Shown piece after piece: positions 48,008-57,498 of a stretch of DNA of 64,000 nt. A program made the position numbers and the translations under genes. The notes beneath the pieces were generated by a model that did not search any database, had not been told where the DNA came from, and saw only the letters and a list, made by a program, of their open reading frames with translations. Origin of the DNA: an uncultured Candidatus Saccharibacteria bacterium (GTDB lineage: Bacteria > Patescibacteriota > Saccharimonadia > UBA4664 > CAZJNH01); the NCBI GenBank assembly GCA_964478595.1, contig CAYZIN010000003.1, positions 1,357 to 65,356 of the forward strand, read 5' to 3'. Numbering within the stretch: position 1 is the first letter of the stretch; every line of letters begins with the position of its first letter.

Positions 48008-48133
48008 ATGCAAGATTTTGTGCGGAAGCACAAGAAGCTGGTGATCGGATTTTTCACCTCCTTGGCGCTCGTCGCCTTGGCCGTGAAAGATTTCAAGCAC
48101 CAGCAGCAGAAGCGCATCAACAGCGGCAAGTAG
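48008..48133 (+). CDS. Candidate small membrane ORF (41 aa), not in the ORF track
   Basis: An AAGGGGG RBS lies 4 nt before the ATG. The protein MQDFVRKHKKLVIGFFTSLALVALAVKDFKHQQQKRINSGK has a single TM helix. Confidence 0.3.
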   Translation: MQDFVRKHKKLVIGFFTSLALVALAVKDFKHQQQKRINSGK

Positions 48134-48376
48134 CCGCTGTCACTCGAGAGGGAAACGAGTGAAAGAACATAGTTAGCCGCGTTTAATTTGGCTCGCGGGA
48201 TACAAAAAAGCCAATGCGGCTTCGGGGATGGATTCGGATGATTCCGAGTCCTATCAACCTCGAAGCCGTAATACTTTGTCCTTACTTCACGATCAGAGTA
48301 CAATCGCGAGCTAAGGAGAGGGTACATTAAAAACGGCTGGCATTAAGCTGGCCGAAAAAAGACGAGGGGTGCGACG

Positions 48377-48682
48377 ATGGACGAGCTGTGGGAATATAAG
48401 CCCGATTGGGATCATTCCGTCGGCAGAAGCCTACGGACGCGCATCACCATCACCGGTCAGGGCATTGCGCCAGACGATCCGATTCGGATCACCCTAACGC
48501 GCACTGCAATCAAAGTCCATTGGCCGGAAGGCATCGAGATGCCGACCGACGAAGGGCACCGTTTCATCGGGGCTCTCAACGATCTTCTCCGCGACCAGCT
48601 GAGCTGGTTGTCGGCCGGAGTCGACCCACCGGAACCGAAACCATCACTCAAGGTGGTCGACCCGCACAACGCAGCGTCGTGA
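48377..48682 (+). CDS. Hypothetical protein (GC-rich island)
   Basis: It has a GAGGGG RBS. No family was recognised. Confidence 0.4.
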   Translation: MDELWEYKPDWDHSVGRSLRTRITITGQGIAPDDPIRITLTRTAIKVHWPEGIEMPTDEGHRFIGALNDLLRDQLSWLSAGVDPPEPKPSLKVVDPHNAAS

Positions 48683-48708
48683 CGCCACGCGCGGCGAAGG
48701 AGCGGCTG

Positions 48709-48745
48709 GATGTTTTCAGCCGCTCCTTTCTTGTTGTCAAAAACC
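48709..48745 (+). terminator. Intrinsic terminator upstream of rpsB
   Basis: The hairpin is ggagcggctg-gatgtttt-cagccgctcc, followed by tttcttgtt. Confidence 0.6.
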
Positions 48746-48845
48746 AGATTAGCTGCTAGTCTATATGAGTCATTTTTAACGAAACAGTCTCGTTACTTAA
48801 TCCTCCGCTTAGCGGATCGACGAGACAAAGGAAAGGATTTTAAAA

Positions 48846-49577
48846 TTGCCTGAATTAAAAGAGTTACTGGAAGCCGGAGCGCATTTTGGTCACCAAACGC
48901 GCCGCTGGAACCCTAAAATGGAGCGCTTTATTTATGGTGCCCGCGGCGGCGTACATATTATTGATCTGACTAAAACCGCTGATTTTATCAAAACGGCCGC
49001 TAAATTCGCCGAAGACACTGCTGCCAGCGGCAAACCGGTTCTGTTTGTTGGCACTAAGAGACAGGCGAGGGGAATCATCGAAGCTGCGGCCAAAAAAGCT
49101 GGCATGCCCTATATTATCGAGCGCTGGCTCGGCGGCACGCTAACTAACTGGCAAACCATTAAGCGCCAGATTGATCGGCTAAAGAAGCTCGAGGCAGACC
49201 TAGAAAGCGGGGATACCGAATCCAAATACAGCAAGAAAGAAGTGTCGGAGTTTAAGGAAGAAATTCGGAAGTTAAACCTGGTACTTGGCGGTGTTAAAGA
49301 CATGACCGAACTGCCGGGTGCCATTTACATAGTTGACTCGGTAAGGGAGCAAATTCCGATCGCCGAAGCCAAAAAACTGGGCATTCCGGTAATTGCGATC
49401 GCCGATACCAATTCCGACCCCGACCAAATCGACTTTCCGATTCCAGCTAACGACGACGCTATTAAATCGATCGCCATAATTACCGATGAAATTGCTAAAG
49501 CCGCTTTGGACGGGCGGGAAAAGCACCTAAAACAGGTGGCAAAAGCCGAGGCCCAGGCGGAGGTGGCCAGTGTCTAG
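48846..49577 (+). CDS. rpsB: 30S ribosomal protein S2
   Basis: The start is TTG with an AAGGAAAGGA RBS. It has S2 motifs (GAHFGHQTRRWNPKM). Confidence 0.95.
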   Translation: MPELKELLEAGAHFGHQTRRWNPKMERFIYGARGGVHIIDLTKTADFIKTAAKFAEDTAASGKPVLFVGTKRQARGIIEAAAKKAGMPYIIERWLGGTLTNWQTIKRQIDRLKKLEADLESGDTESKYSKKEVSEFKEEIRKLNLVLGGVKDMTELPGAIYIVDSVREQIPIAEAKKLGIPVIAIADTNSDPDQIDFPIPANDDAIKSIAIITDEIAKAALDGREKHLKQVAKAEAQAEVASV

Positions 49578-50163
49578 CGTTGAGGATATTAAAAAACTCC
49601 GAGACATGACCGGCGCTGGTTTTTCGAGCGCCAAGGAGGCTTACGAAGAAGCCGAAGGTAATTTAGAAAAGGCGGTAGAAATACTGCGCAAGAAGGGTCT
49701 GGCCGGGGCTGCCAAGAAGGCCGGTCGGGAAGCCAAGCAGGGTTTGATTGAAGCCTATACGCATGGCGGCCGAATTGGCGCGATGGTTGAAATTAACTGC
49801 GAAACCGACTTTGTGGCTCGAACCGATGACTTCAAAAACTTTGTTCACGATATTGCCATGCATGTGGCTGCCTCAAATCCACTTTACGTCTCGGTTGACG
49901 ATATTCCAGAAGAGGTAATCGAAAAAGAAAAAGAGATTTACGGCGAAGAGGTTGCTGGAAAACCGGCCGATGTAGTTGAGAAAATCGTTTCCGGCAAGCT
50001 GGCCAAGTACTACTCAGACGTTTGTTTGCTAAACCAAGCCTTCGTTAAAGATCCCGACCAAACGATCGAAGATTTACGTACCGCTTTGGTCGCCAAAATT
50101 GGTGAGAATGTGGTAATTCGCCGGATCGCACGGTGGGAATTGGGCGAAGCTAGTGACAACTAG
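49570..50163 (+). CDS. tsf: Elongation factor Ts (short form)
   Basis: It has the UBA-like N-terminus (IKKLRDMTGAGFSSAKEA). The start is GTG, coupled to rpsB. Confidence 0.9.
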   Translation: MSSVEDIKKLRDMTGAGFSSAKEAYEEAEGNLEKAVEILRKKGLAGAAKKAGREAKQGLIEAYTHGGRIGAMVEINCETDFVARTDDFKNFVHDIAMHVAASNPLYVSVDDIPEEVIEKEKEIYGEEVAGKPADVVEKIVSGKLAKYYSDVCLLNQAFVKDPDQTIEDLRTALVAKIGENVVIRRIARWELGEASDN

Positions 50164-50716
50164 AGAAATTGTCGATCAAGCACCCGACAAAATGGACAAA
50201 GCCCTCGAGTTTTTGGCTGAGGAGCTGAAAGGTCTTCGAACTGGCCGAGCCTCAACCGCGCTGGTTGAGGGAATTACGGTTGAGCAGTATGGGCAAAATA
50301 TGGCAATCAAGCAGGTGGCAACTCTTTCGGTGCCAGATCCGCGCACGATTCAGATCACGCCCTGGGACCCGACGATGGTAGCTGTGATCGAAAAAGCGAT
50401 TCGAGAGAGTCAAAGTTTGGGTTTGAATCCCAACAACGACGGCCACGCGATTCGGCTTAATCTTCCGCCGCTCAATGAAGAAACCCGCAAAAATCTGGTC
50501 AAGGTTTTGGGTGAGAAGATCGAGGCATGCCACATTAGCCTGCGCGGCATCCGCCACGAGCTTCTCGATGAAGTAAAGAAGCTGGAGAAGCAAAAGCAGG
50601 CCACTCAAGACGATGTGAAGTTTGCTGAAACTAAGCTCAACGAAAAGATCGATGAATACCGCGGCAAAATCAAGCAAATTGAGGAAGCCAAAACCAAAGA
50701 AATAATGGAAGTTTAA
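50153..50716 (+). CDS. frr: Ribosome recycling factor
   Basis: It has RRF length and motifs. It follows tsf directly, with no pyrH between them. Confidence 0.9.
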   Translation: MTTREIVDQAPDKMDKALEFLAEELKGLRTGRASTALVEGITVEQYGQNMAIKQVATLSVPDPRTIQITPWDPTMVAVIEKAIRESQSLGLNPNNDGHAIRLNLPPLNEETRKNLVKVLGEKIEACHISLRGIRHELLDEVKKLEKQKQATQDDVKFAETKLNEKIDEYRGKIKQIEEAKTKEIMEV

Positions 50717-50733
50717 GGATATACTTAAGCGCA

Positions 50734-51465
50734 ATGACACCTCAATCGAACCCCCAACCAATCTCTACCGACACCGAAACCATTGTTCCGACTCACCTCG
50801 GTTTAATTCTCGATGGTAATCGCCGCTGGGCCAAAGAAAACGGATTGCCTCAAATGGAGGGGCATCGGCGGGGCTACGAGAAAGTCAAAAAAGTGGCAGA
50901 AGAGGCGTTTAATCGCGGCGTAAAATACGTCTCGGTTTATGCTTTATCGGCGGAAAATCTCAACCGCAGCAAAGAGGAGGTAAACTACCTCATGAAGTTG
51001 CTGTATTGGGTGGCCACTCACGAAGTTGATGAGCTGGACGGCAAAAACATCAAAATCATCTGGATGGGCGAGGCGGATGGATTAGTGCCAAAGGTCGTTA
51101 AGGCGATTAAGGCCGCCGAGGTCAAGACGGCTAAAAATACTGGCGGGGTACTGGTGCTTTGCGTTAATTACAGCGGGCAACAGGAGATCGCGACAGCTGC
51201 GGCCAAGATGATTCAGGCCGGAGTCAAACAGGAAGAGGTCACGCTACAAAAAGTTGCCGATTATTTATATGCTCCCGAGGTACCGTCTTGCGACCTGATC
51301 GTTCGGACTTCGGGGGAACAGCGATTGTCGAATTTCCAGCTCTGGCGAGCAAATTATGCGGAGCTGCTATTTATTGATGAGTATTGGCCAGGGATCGATG
51401 CGAACGAGTTTCTCGACACCTGTCTGGCTCATTTCACGGCTCGGGCTCGCCGCTTCGGCAAATAA
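50734..51465 (+). CDS. uppS: Undecaprenyl diphosphate synthase
   Basis: It has cis-prenyltransferase motifs (GLILDGNRRWA, RTSGEQRLSNFQLWR). Confidence 0.9.
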   Translation: MTPQSNPQPISTDTETIVPTHLGLILDGNRRWAKENGLPQMEGHRRGYEKVKKVAEEAFNRGVKYVSVYALSAENLNRSKEEVNYLMKLLYWVATHEVDELDGKNIKIIWMGEADGLVPKVVKAIKAAEVKTAKNTGGVLVLCVNYSGQQEIATAAAKMIQAGVKQEEVTLQKVADYLYAPEVPSCDLIVRTSGEQRLSNFQLWRANYAELLFIDEYWPGIDANEFLDTCLAHFTARARRFGK

Positions 51466-51486
51466 TTTCTGGTAAGCTAAGAGGGT

Positions 51487-52575
51487 ATGATCATAAGCAT
51501 TTTAATTGTGGCTGCGACGCTGTCCCTGCTCGTTTTCATTCACGAGCTGGGGCATTTTATTGCCGCCAAACGATCGGGAGTAGAGGTAAGGGAGTTTGGT
51601 TTTGGTTTTCCGCCGCGGCTATTTGGGGTTAAGCGAGGCGGGACAATTTTTTCGATTAATCTGATTCCGCTTGGCGGCTTCGTAAAGCTAAAGGGCGATC
51701 TGGAAAACGAAGGCGGTTCGGGTAATTTTACCCAAGCCAGTTATGGCAGGAAGTCGAAAATTCTACTGGCGGGCGTGGCCATGAACTTGCTGGTGGGGTA
51801 TTTACTGCTGGTGTTTTTGGCAATTACCGGTTTACCGCCGGTGCCAGGCGTTAACCCGAATCAACGAGGCGTAACCTATGTCCAACCACCCCAAGTGATC
51901 GTTTCGGAGGTCTTAAATGGTTCGGCGGCCCAGCGCGCGGGATTTAAGAAAGGCGACGTAGTTTTGAGCGCAAACGATGAAGTCATAACCGGCCCCAAGC
52001 AGCTGCAACAATTTACCTCTCACCACGCCGGCGATTTAGTGAATTTTAAGATCAAAAGGGGAAATCATACGTTCGATCAAGCAGCAACTCTCTCCGGCAC
52101 CGGGCAATTGGGCATCGGTTTGCAATCAGCCTATTTAATAAAATATTCGCCCCTGCCAGCTCTGTTGGTTTCGGCCAAACTGGTCGTCCAGATTATTGCT
52201 TCTACTATTGGTGGGTTTTTCAAAGCGATCTTTAATTTACCCAAGATTATCGGCGGCAGTTTCGGTAAAAATCGTCCGGCGGCGGCCAACGGCGTGATCG
52301 GTCCGGTAGGGATAGTGTCGATTGTGAGCGGTATTTTGTATCTTGGCTTCCGCTACATCCTAATCCTTGTAACCTTAATTTCAATTTCCCTTGCGGTAAT
52401 TAACACGCTGCCAATTCCAGTACTGGATGGCGGCCGCTGGCTGCTGATTACGATTAACAAACTCGCACGCAGGGATTTGACCAAACCGATCGAAAGTTTT
52501 TTGTTTGGTCTAAGCTACGCTTTCTTGATTGTACTGATTGTGACGGTCACTTATTTGGATATTAGGTTCCATTGA
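51487..52575 (+). CDS. rseP: RIP site-2 metalloprotease RseP
   Basis: It has an HELGH motif in TM1, a PDZ domain and a C-terminal LDGG motif. Confidence 0.85.
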   Translation: MIISILIVAATLSLLVFIHELGHFIAAKRSGVEVREFGFGFPPRLFGVKRGGTIFSINLIPLGGFVKLKGDLENEGGSGNFTQASYGRKSKILLAGVAMNLLVGYLLLVFLAITGLPPVPGVNPNQRGVTYVQPPQVIVSEVLNGSAAQRAGFKKGDVVLSANDEVITGPKQLQQFTSHHAGDLVNFKIKRGNHTFDQAATLSGTGQLGIGLQSAYLIKYSPLPALLVSAKLVVQIIASTIGGFFKAIFNLPKIIGGSFGKNRPAAANGVIGPVGIVSIVSGILYLGFRYILILVTLISISLAVINTLPIPVLDGGRWLLITINKLARRDLTKPIESFLFGLSYAFLIVLIVTVTYLDIRFH

Positions 52576-53294
52576 AGCTAAACGCTAAATTCGACGTTCC
52601 ATGGGGTTGGCGGGAGGCGATGTTTGTTTACATGGCGTCTTGGATCGGCTTGCCAATTTTGCTAGTACTGCTTTTAAGGTTCGTTGGCGTTTTTAAGCTC
52701 GTTTCAGCCCTCGCACACGGTGTGGCTAAAGGCGAAATAACTTCGGCTTTTGTTTTTTTATTAATAAATGGGGTCGCGGCGCTGCTTTTGGTGCGTTATT
52801 TTCTTAAAAAACACAAGGTTGGTTGGGACAAAGTTGGGTGGCGTCCGTTTAATTTATTTAAGGCAGCGTTACTAATTTTGATTGGCCTGGGCGTTTTTTT
52901 GGTGGCGGCGCATTTAATTTTTATCCTAATTGCTCACTTATTCCCGCACTTTAACGCCAGTCAACCTCAGGTCAACGATTTCACAACCGGCGCAAAAGCT
53001 TCGCCCAAGTTGAGTTTGATTGCTCTGGTTTTGATCCCACCGATCATTGAAGAAACGGTTTTTCGCGGCTTTATTTTTCCGGCGATTTCCGACCAGTTTG
53101 GCATGATTACTGGAGTAATCGGTTCGAGTTTATTGTTTGCGGTAGCTCATTTGCAGCTTAACGTTTCGGTCTACACCTTTGTGCTGGGCTGCTTGCTTGC
53201 TATGATGTATGCGAAAACTAGAAGTATTTGGCCGGGCATATTCTTGCACATGTTAAATAACTATTTGGCCTATACGGTCATCCTTGGGAAATAA
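52572..53294 (+). CDS. CPBP (CAAX protease/Abi) family intramembrane metalloprotease
   Basis: It has the EETVFRG and FAVAH motifs and a C-terminal HMLNN motif within a multi-TM body. Confidence 0.7.
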   Translation: MKLNAKFDVPWGWREAMFVYMASWIGLPILLVLLLRFVGVFKLVSALAHGVAKGEITSAFVFLLINGVAALLLVRYFLKKHKVGWDKVGWRPFNLFKAALLILIGLGVFLVAAHLIFILIAHLFPHFNASQPQVNDFTTGAKASPKLSLIALVLIPPIIEETVFRGFIFPAISDQFGMITGVIGSSLLFAVAHLQLNVSVYTFVLGCLLAMMYAKTRSIWPGIFLHMLNNYLAYTVILGK

Positions 53295-54532
53295 TGAGAC
53301 TATCTGAAACGTTCGCTAAAACCACCAAAACCATCGCCGAGAACGAGTCGGTCCATTATAAGTTGTTGGTTCGGGCTGGGTTTATCGACCAGCTGGCGGC
53401 CGGCATTTACAGCTACTTGCCGCTGGGCTTGCGAGTGCTGCGCAAGATCGAAAACGTGGTCCGGGAAGAAATGAACGGGATTGGAGGAGAAGAGATTCTA
53501 ATGCCAATTTTGCACCCGGCAGCCAACTGGAAAACGACCGGTGGGTGGAATCAAATCGACATTTTGTTTAAGCTCAAAAGCCGGACCGGCCAGGAGTACG
53601 CCTTGGGCCAAAGCGAAGAAGAGGTGGTAACGCCGCTGGTGATGCAGAGGCTTAAATCCTACAAGGATCTGCCCAAAAGCGTTTATCAGATTCACTGGAA
53701 GTATCGCGACGAGCTGCGAGCCAAATCTGGTATATTACGCGGCCGCGAATTTTATATGAAAGATATGTATAGCTTTCATACCGATCAGGGTGATTTTGAT
53801 AATTACTACGAGACGGTAAAACAAGCGTACTTGCGAATTTACGACCGTTTAGGGTTGCAGGCTAAGGTGACCGAGGCGTCCGGTGGATTGTTTAGCGAAA
53901 AGATCTCCTACGAATTTGAGGTTTTAACGGATGCCGGGGAAGACGACATTTTGTACTGTGAGGATTGCGACTACTGCATTAACACCGAAATAGCCAAAAC
54001 CAAAGCCGGGGATAAGTGCCCGAGTTGCGGTAAAGGCAAATTGAAAAAAGCGAAGGCGTCTGAAGTTGGTAATGTTTTTGATCTCGGCCAGAAATACACC
54101 AAAGCCTTTGATTTGTCGGTTAGCGACCCTTCGGATAAGCCAATTTATCCGATTATGGGTTGCTTTGGTCTGGGGATTAGCCGGGTTATGGGCGTAATTG
54201 CCGAAAAGTTTAACGACGAGCATGGCCTGATTTGGCCCAAAAGCGTAGCCCCAGCTGATGTTCATATCGTAACGATCAGTGAAGATACGGCGGTTAAAGA
54301 GGCGGGCGATAAGTTGCACCAGTTGCTGGAAGATTCCGGCAAAGTGGTCATTTTAGATGACCGAGACGTATCGGCTGGCGCAAAGTTTGCCGATGCTGAT
54401 TTGATAGGTGTGCCGCTGCGCGTGACGATTAGTCCGAAAACCCTCGAGAAAAACTCCGTCGAACTCAAGGTTCGCTCCGAAAAAGACTCTAAACTCGTTG
54501 AGCTCTCCAAACTCCAGTCGACTCTCGAATGA
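53294..54532 (+). CDS. proS: Prolyl-tRNA synthetase (bacterial type lacking INS editing domain, with Cys4 insertion)
   Basis: It has class II motifs and a bacterial-type N-terminus (LLVRAGFI). An insert carries CEDCDYC...CPSCG. Its 412-aa length implies no INS domain. Confidence 0.9.
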   Translation: MRLSETFAKTTKTIAENESVHYKLLVRAGFIDQLAAGIYSYLPLGLRVLRKIENVVREEMNGIGGEEILMPILHPAANWKTTGGWNQIDILFKLKSRTGQEYALGQSEEEVVTPLVMQRLKSYKDLPKSVYQIHWKYRDELRAKSGILRGREFYMKDMYSFHTDQGDFDNYYETVKQAYLRIYDRLGLQAKVTEASGGLFSEKISYEFEVLTDAGEDDILYCEDCDYCINTEIAKTKAGDKCPSCGKGKLKKAKASEVGNVFDLGQKYTKAFDLSVSDPSDKPIYPIMGCFGLGISRVMGVIAEKFNDEHGLIWPKSVAPADVHIVTISEDTAVKEAGDKLHQLLEDSGKVVILDDRDVSAGAKFADADLIGVPLRVTISPKTLEKNSVELKVRSEKDSKLVELSKLQSTLE

Positions 54533-54993
54533 TCAACTTGCGCCAGGCCAAGCCGGATGAGGTTCGGGGGATTCAAGACCTTAACGACTTAGTTTTTGCC
54601 GATAACGTTAAGTATGATCCAGACCTTGATCCAGGTTGGGCTCAGTCGGATAAGGGTCGCAAGTACTTTACCGACCGTCTCAGTGACCCGACTGCTTATT
54701 TTGTGGTGGCAGAGGAGGGTGGTCGTCTAGTTGGCTACGCTAACGCTCAACCGATTAAAGAGTTTGAATACCGCGAGCATAAATATGTGGAGATCGACAA
54801 TTTGGGGGTCATTCCGGAGTATCGCCGGCAGGGCATCGCATCGAAGCTACTGGATGAATGTCTGTCTTGGGCGAAAGGCGAAGGCTACGAAAAAGTTTAT
54901 CTTCAAAGCTACGCCAAAAACACCGGCGCCCGAGAATTCTACAAAAAGTTGGGTTACCACGAGATCGATATCGGGCTCGAAAAAGACCTTTAG
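54529..54993 (+). CDS. GNAT family N-acetyltransferase
   Basis: It has an acetyl-CoA binding motif (RRQGIASKLL). Confidence 0.75.
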   Translation: MINLRQAKPDEVRGIQDLNDLVFADNVKYDPDLDPGWAQSDKGRKYFTDRLSDPTAYFVVAEEGGRLVGYANAQPIKEFEYREHKYVEIDNLGVIPEYRRQGIASKLLDECLSWAKGEGYEKVYLQSYAKNTGAREFYKKLGYHEIDIGLEKDL

Positions 54994-55129
54994 TTGAGCA
55001 CAAAAGTTGTACAACTGATCAAGTAAACCCCTGGTCCGTTTTGGTGTTCAATAAAAAGGTTCAAAACCGCTTGAGCTAATCTGTAAACGTAGGTTAAACT
55101 GGAATGAATGATTGTGGGAGAGGGCGAGT

Positions 55130-56188
55130 TTGATTAAACGTGTTTTGGGTAGATTTTCGCACGATGTTGGCATCGACTTAGGAACAGCCAACACGCTTGT
55201 TTATGTCCGCGGCAAGGGGATCGTTATCAACGAACCCAGCGTTGTGGCCATTAACAAGCACAACAACCAGATACTGGCCATCGGCGACGAAGCCAAACAA
55301 ATGGTCGGCAAAACTCCGGCTTCGATTGTTGCAACCCGGCCGCTGGTAGACGGCGTAGTTAGTGACTTCGAAGTGACCGAGCAGATGCTGCGCTATTTTA
55401 TCGATAAAGTTCACAAAGAAAGCTTTACGGTAGTGCCAAGGCCGCGGGTGGTGATTGGAATTCCCTCTGGCGTGACCGAGGTAGAGAAGCGGGCGGTAGA
55501 AGATGCGGCTACTAACGCCGGAGCCCGCCAAACTTTCCTGGTTGAAGAGCCGATGGCGGCGGCAATTGGCAGCCGGCTGCCAATTCACGATGCGGCCGGT
55601 TCGATGATCGTCGATATTGGCGGTGGTACGACCGAGGTGGCAATTATTTCGCTGGGTGGGATCGTGACTTCTCGTTCCCTACGGATTGCCGGCGACGAGC
55701 TAAACGAAGACGTCATGCACTACGCTCGTGATGAATTTAACCTCCAAATCGGGGAGAGAACCGCCGAGGCTATTAAGATTGGTATCGGGTCGGCTTATCA
55801 AATGAGCGGCGACGACAAGAAAACTATGCCAATGCGAGGACGGGATTTGGTTACTGGTTTACCTCGAGAGATAAAGGTGTCGTCTGAGCAAATTCGCTTA
55901 GCGTTGATGCGCAGCGTGGCCGAAATCGTCGACGCCATTAAAATTACCATTGAAGAGACTCCTCCGGAGCTTGTAGCCGACATTATGGGCCGCGGGATTT
56001 ATTTGGCTGGCGGCGGCGCATTACTTAACGGGCTGGCTCTGCTGGTTCACCGTGAGACTCGGATGCCGGTTAAAATTACCGATGACCCATTAACTACCGT
56101 TGTCCGGGGCACCGGCCTAGTTTTGGAAGACTTGGATAAACTGAAAGACATTATTGTGCCGACTCAGTTCGGCAAAATTCCCAGGTAG
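55130..56188 (+). CDS. mreB: Rod shape-determining protein MreB
   Basis: It has actin-fold motifs (GIDLGTANT). The start is probably TTG at 55130 after a GGGAGAGGG RBS; the ORF-track start is 55112. Confidence 0.9.
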   Translation: MIKRVLGRFSHDVGIDLGTANTLVYVRGKGIVINEPSVVAINKHNNQILAIGDEAKQMVGKTPASIVATRPLVDGVVSDFEVTEQMLRYFIDKVHKESFTVVPRPRVVIGIPSGVTEVEKRAVEDAATNAGARQTFLVEEPMAAAIGSRLPIHDAAGSMIVDIGGGTTEVAIISLGGIVTSRSLRIAGDELNEDVMHYARDEFNLQIGERTAEAIKIGIGSAYQMSGDDKKTMPMRGRDLVTGLPREIKVSSEQIRLALMRSVAEIVDAIKITIEETPPELVADIMGRGIYLAGGGALLNGLALLVHRETRMPVKITDDPLTTVVRGTGLVLEDLDKLKDIIVPTQFGKIPR

Positions 56189-57007
56189 ATGAAGGTTGGA
56201 GGCAGACAATTTAATCGGCCGGTTGGGCGGCGCATTTTAGGATTGATTTTGCTGGGTGCTCTTCTAGTTGGATTGGGAAGATTTGGCTGGACGAAGCCGC
56301 TGAATGTGGTTGCTGACTACACCGTAAATCCGATCGGCTCTTGGTTTGCCGGTCTTGGCCGAGGCAGCAACGGTTTTTTTGGCACTATTGGCAAAGCTAG
56401 CCGACTGGCCGCTAACAACGCCGAGCTAACAGGCGACAACGCCGATTTACGCCAGAGAGTTAGCCAGGATGCCGAGCTAAAGGTTGAAAACGCGGAACTG
56501 CGAAGGGTGTTGAATTTTAGCGAAAGCCACGATTTTAATCTGGTGGTGGCTCGGGTGGTGGCTTACCAGCCCGACAACTTTCGCCAGTTTTTAACTATTA
56601 ACCGAGGCAGTCGGGATGGGATCAAAGTCGGTCAGGCGGTGGTCGGTGAGGGAATTTTGGTCGGTAATATTTCAGAGGTTGCACCAACATCCGCCAAGGT
56701 TTTTTTGGTCAGTGACCCTGACTTTCGAGTAGCGGGCTTAAGTCAAGAAAGCCGGGCCACCGGAATTGTGAGCGGGCAACTGGGGGGTGGACTTTTGATG
56801 GACCAAATCGCCCAAAGTGACACGATCACTCCTGGCGATACGATTATTACCAGCGGATTGGGTGGAGAGTTTCCGCAGGGGTTGATTATCGGTAAAGTTG
56901 ATAGCATTTCAACTGCAAAGGGCGCGGTTTTCCAATCGGCCAAACTCTCAAACGGCTTGGTAATGTCTAAACTCGATTTAGTGTCGGTGATTACGGGAGC
57001 CAAATGA
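56189..57007 (+). CDS. mreC: Rod shape-determining protein MreC
   Basis: It has an N-terminal TM helix, a coiled-coil and a β-rich C-domain. It lies immediately after mreB. Confidence 0.8.
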   Translation: MKVGGRQFNRPVGRRILGLILLGALLVGLGRFGWTKPLNVVADYTVNPIGSWFAGLGRGSNGFFGTIGKASRLAANNAELTGDNADLRQRVSQDAELKVENAELRRVLNFSESHDFNLVVARVVAYQPDNFRQFLTINRGSRDGIKVGQAVVGEGILVGNISEVAPTSAKVFLVSDPDFRVAGLSQESRATGIVSGQLGGGLLMDQIAQSDTITPGDTIITSGLGGEFPQGLIIGKVDSISTAKGAVFQSAKLSNGLVMSKLDLVSVITGAK

Positions 57008-57498
57008 AGCGCATCATCTTGACCGGCTTAATGCTTCTGGTTGTGCTCTGTCTGCAAGTTGGTTTTCTGGGCGGTTGGCGGCCGCTGGGGGTATTACCTA
57101 ATCTGCTTTTGATCGCTCTTACCTATTGGGGTCTTAATCGACCAGCTAGCGAAACTTTGGCGGCGGCGCTAACTGGCGGATTGATCTTGGATTTGGCTTC
57201 TGGTGCCGATTTTGGTCTGCGATTGGCGTTTTATAGTTTTTACGCTTTGGGGGTGATTTATTTGAAGCAACGCGGGGCTGGGCAGTCGATTCTAGTTGTT
57301 GGCGGGACGTTAATTGCCGGCACGATTTTATATAATCTGGTAGTTTTGTCGACGCTGGTCGCCGGTCACGTCGGTTTCAGGGTCATAATCGCTGCTAAGC
57401 TAATTGCCCTGGAGCTGATTTTGAATTTGTTAATTGCCTTTCTACCTCGCAAAATCTGGAGCTGGAGCTTGAAGCCTCCCCGTGGGTCATTGGCGTGA
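57004..57498 (+). CDS. mreD: Rod shape-determining protein MreD
   Basis: It is a small polytopic membrane protein placed between mreC and PBP2. Confidence 0.6.
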   Translation: MKRIILTGLMLLVVLCLQVGFLGGWRPLGVLPNLLLIALTYWGLNRPASETLAAALTGGLILDLASGADFGLRLAFYSFYALGVIYLKQRGAGQSILVVGGTLIAGTILYNLVVLSTLVAGHVGFRVIIAAKLIALELILNLLIAFLPRKIWSWSLKPPRGSLA

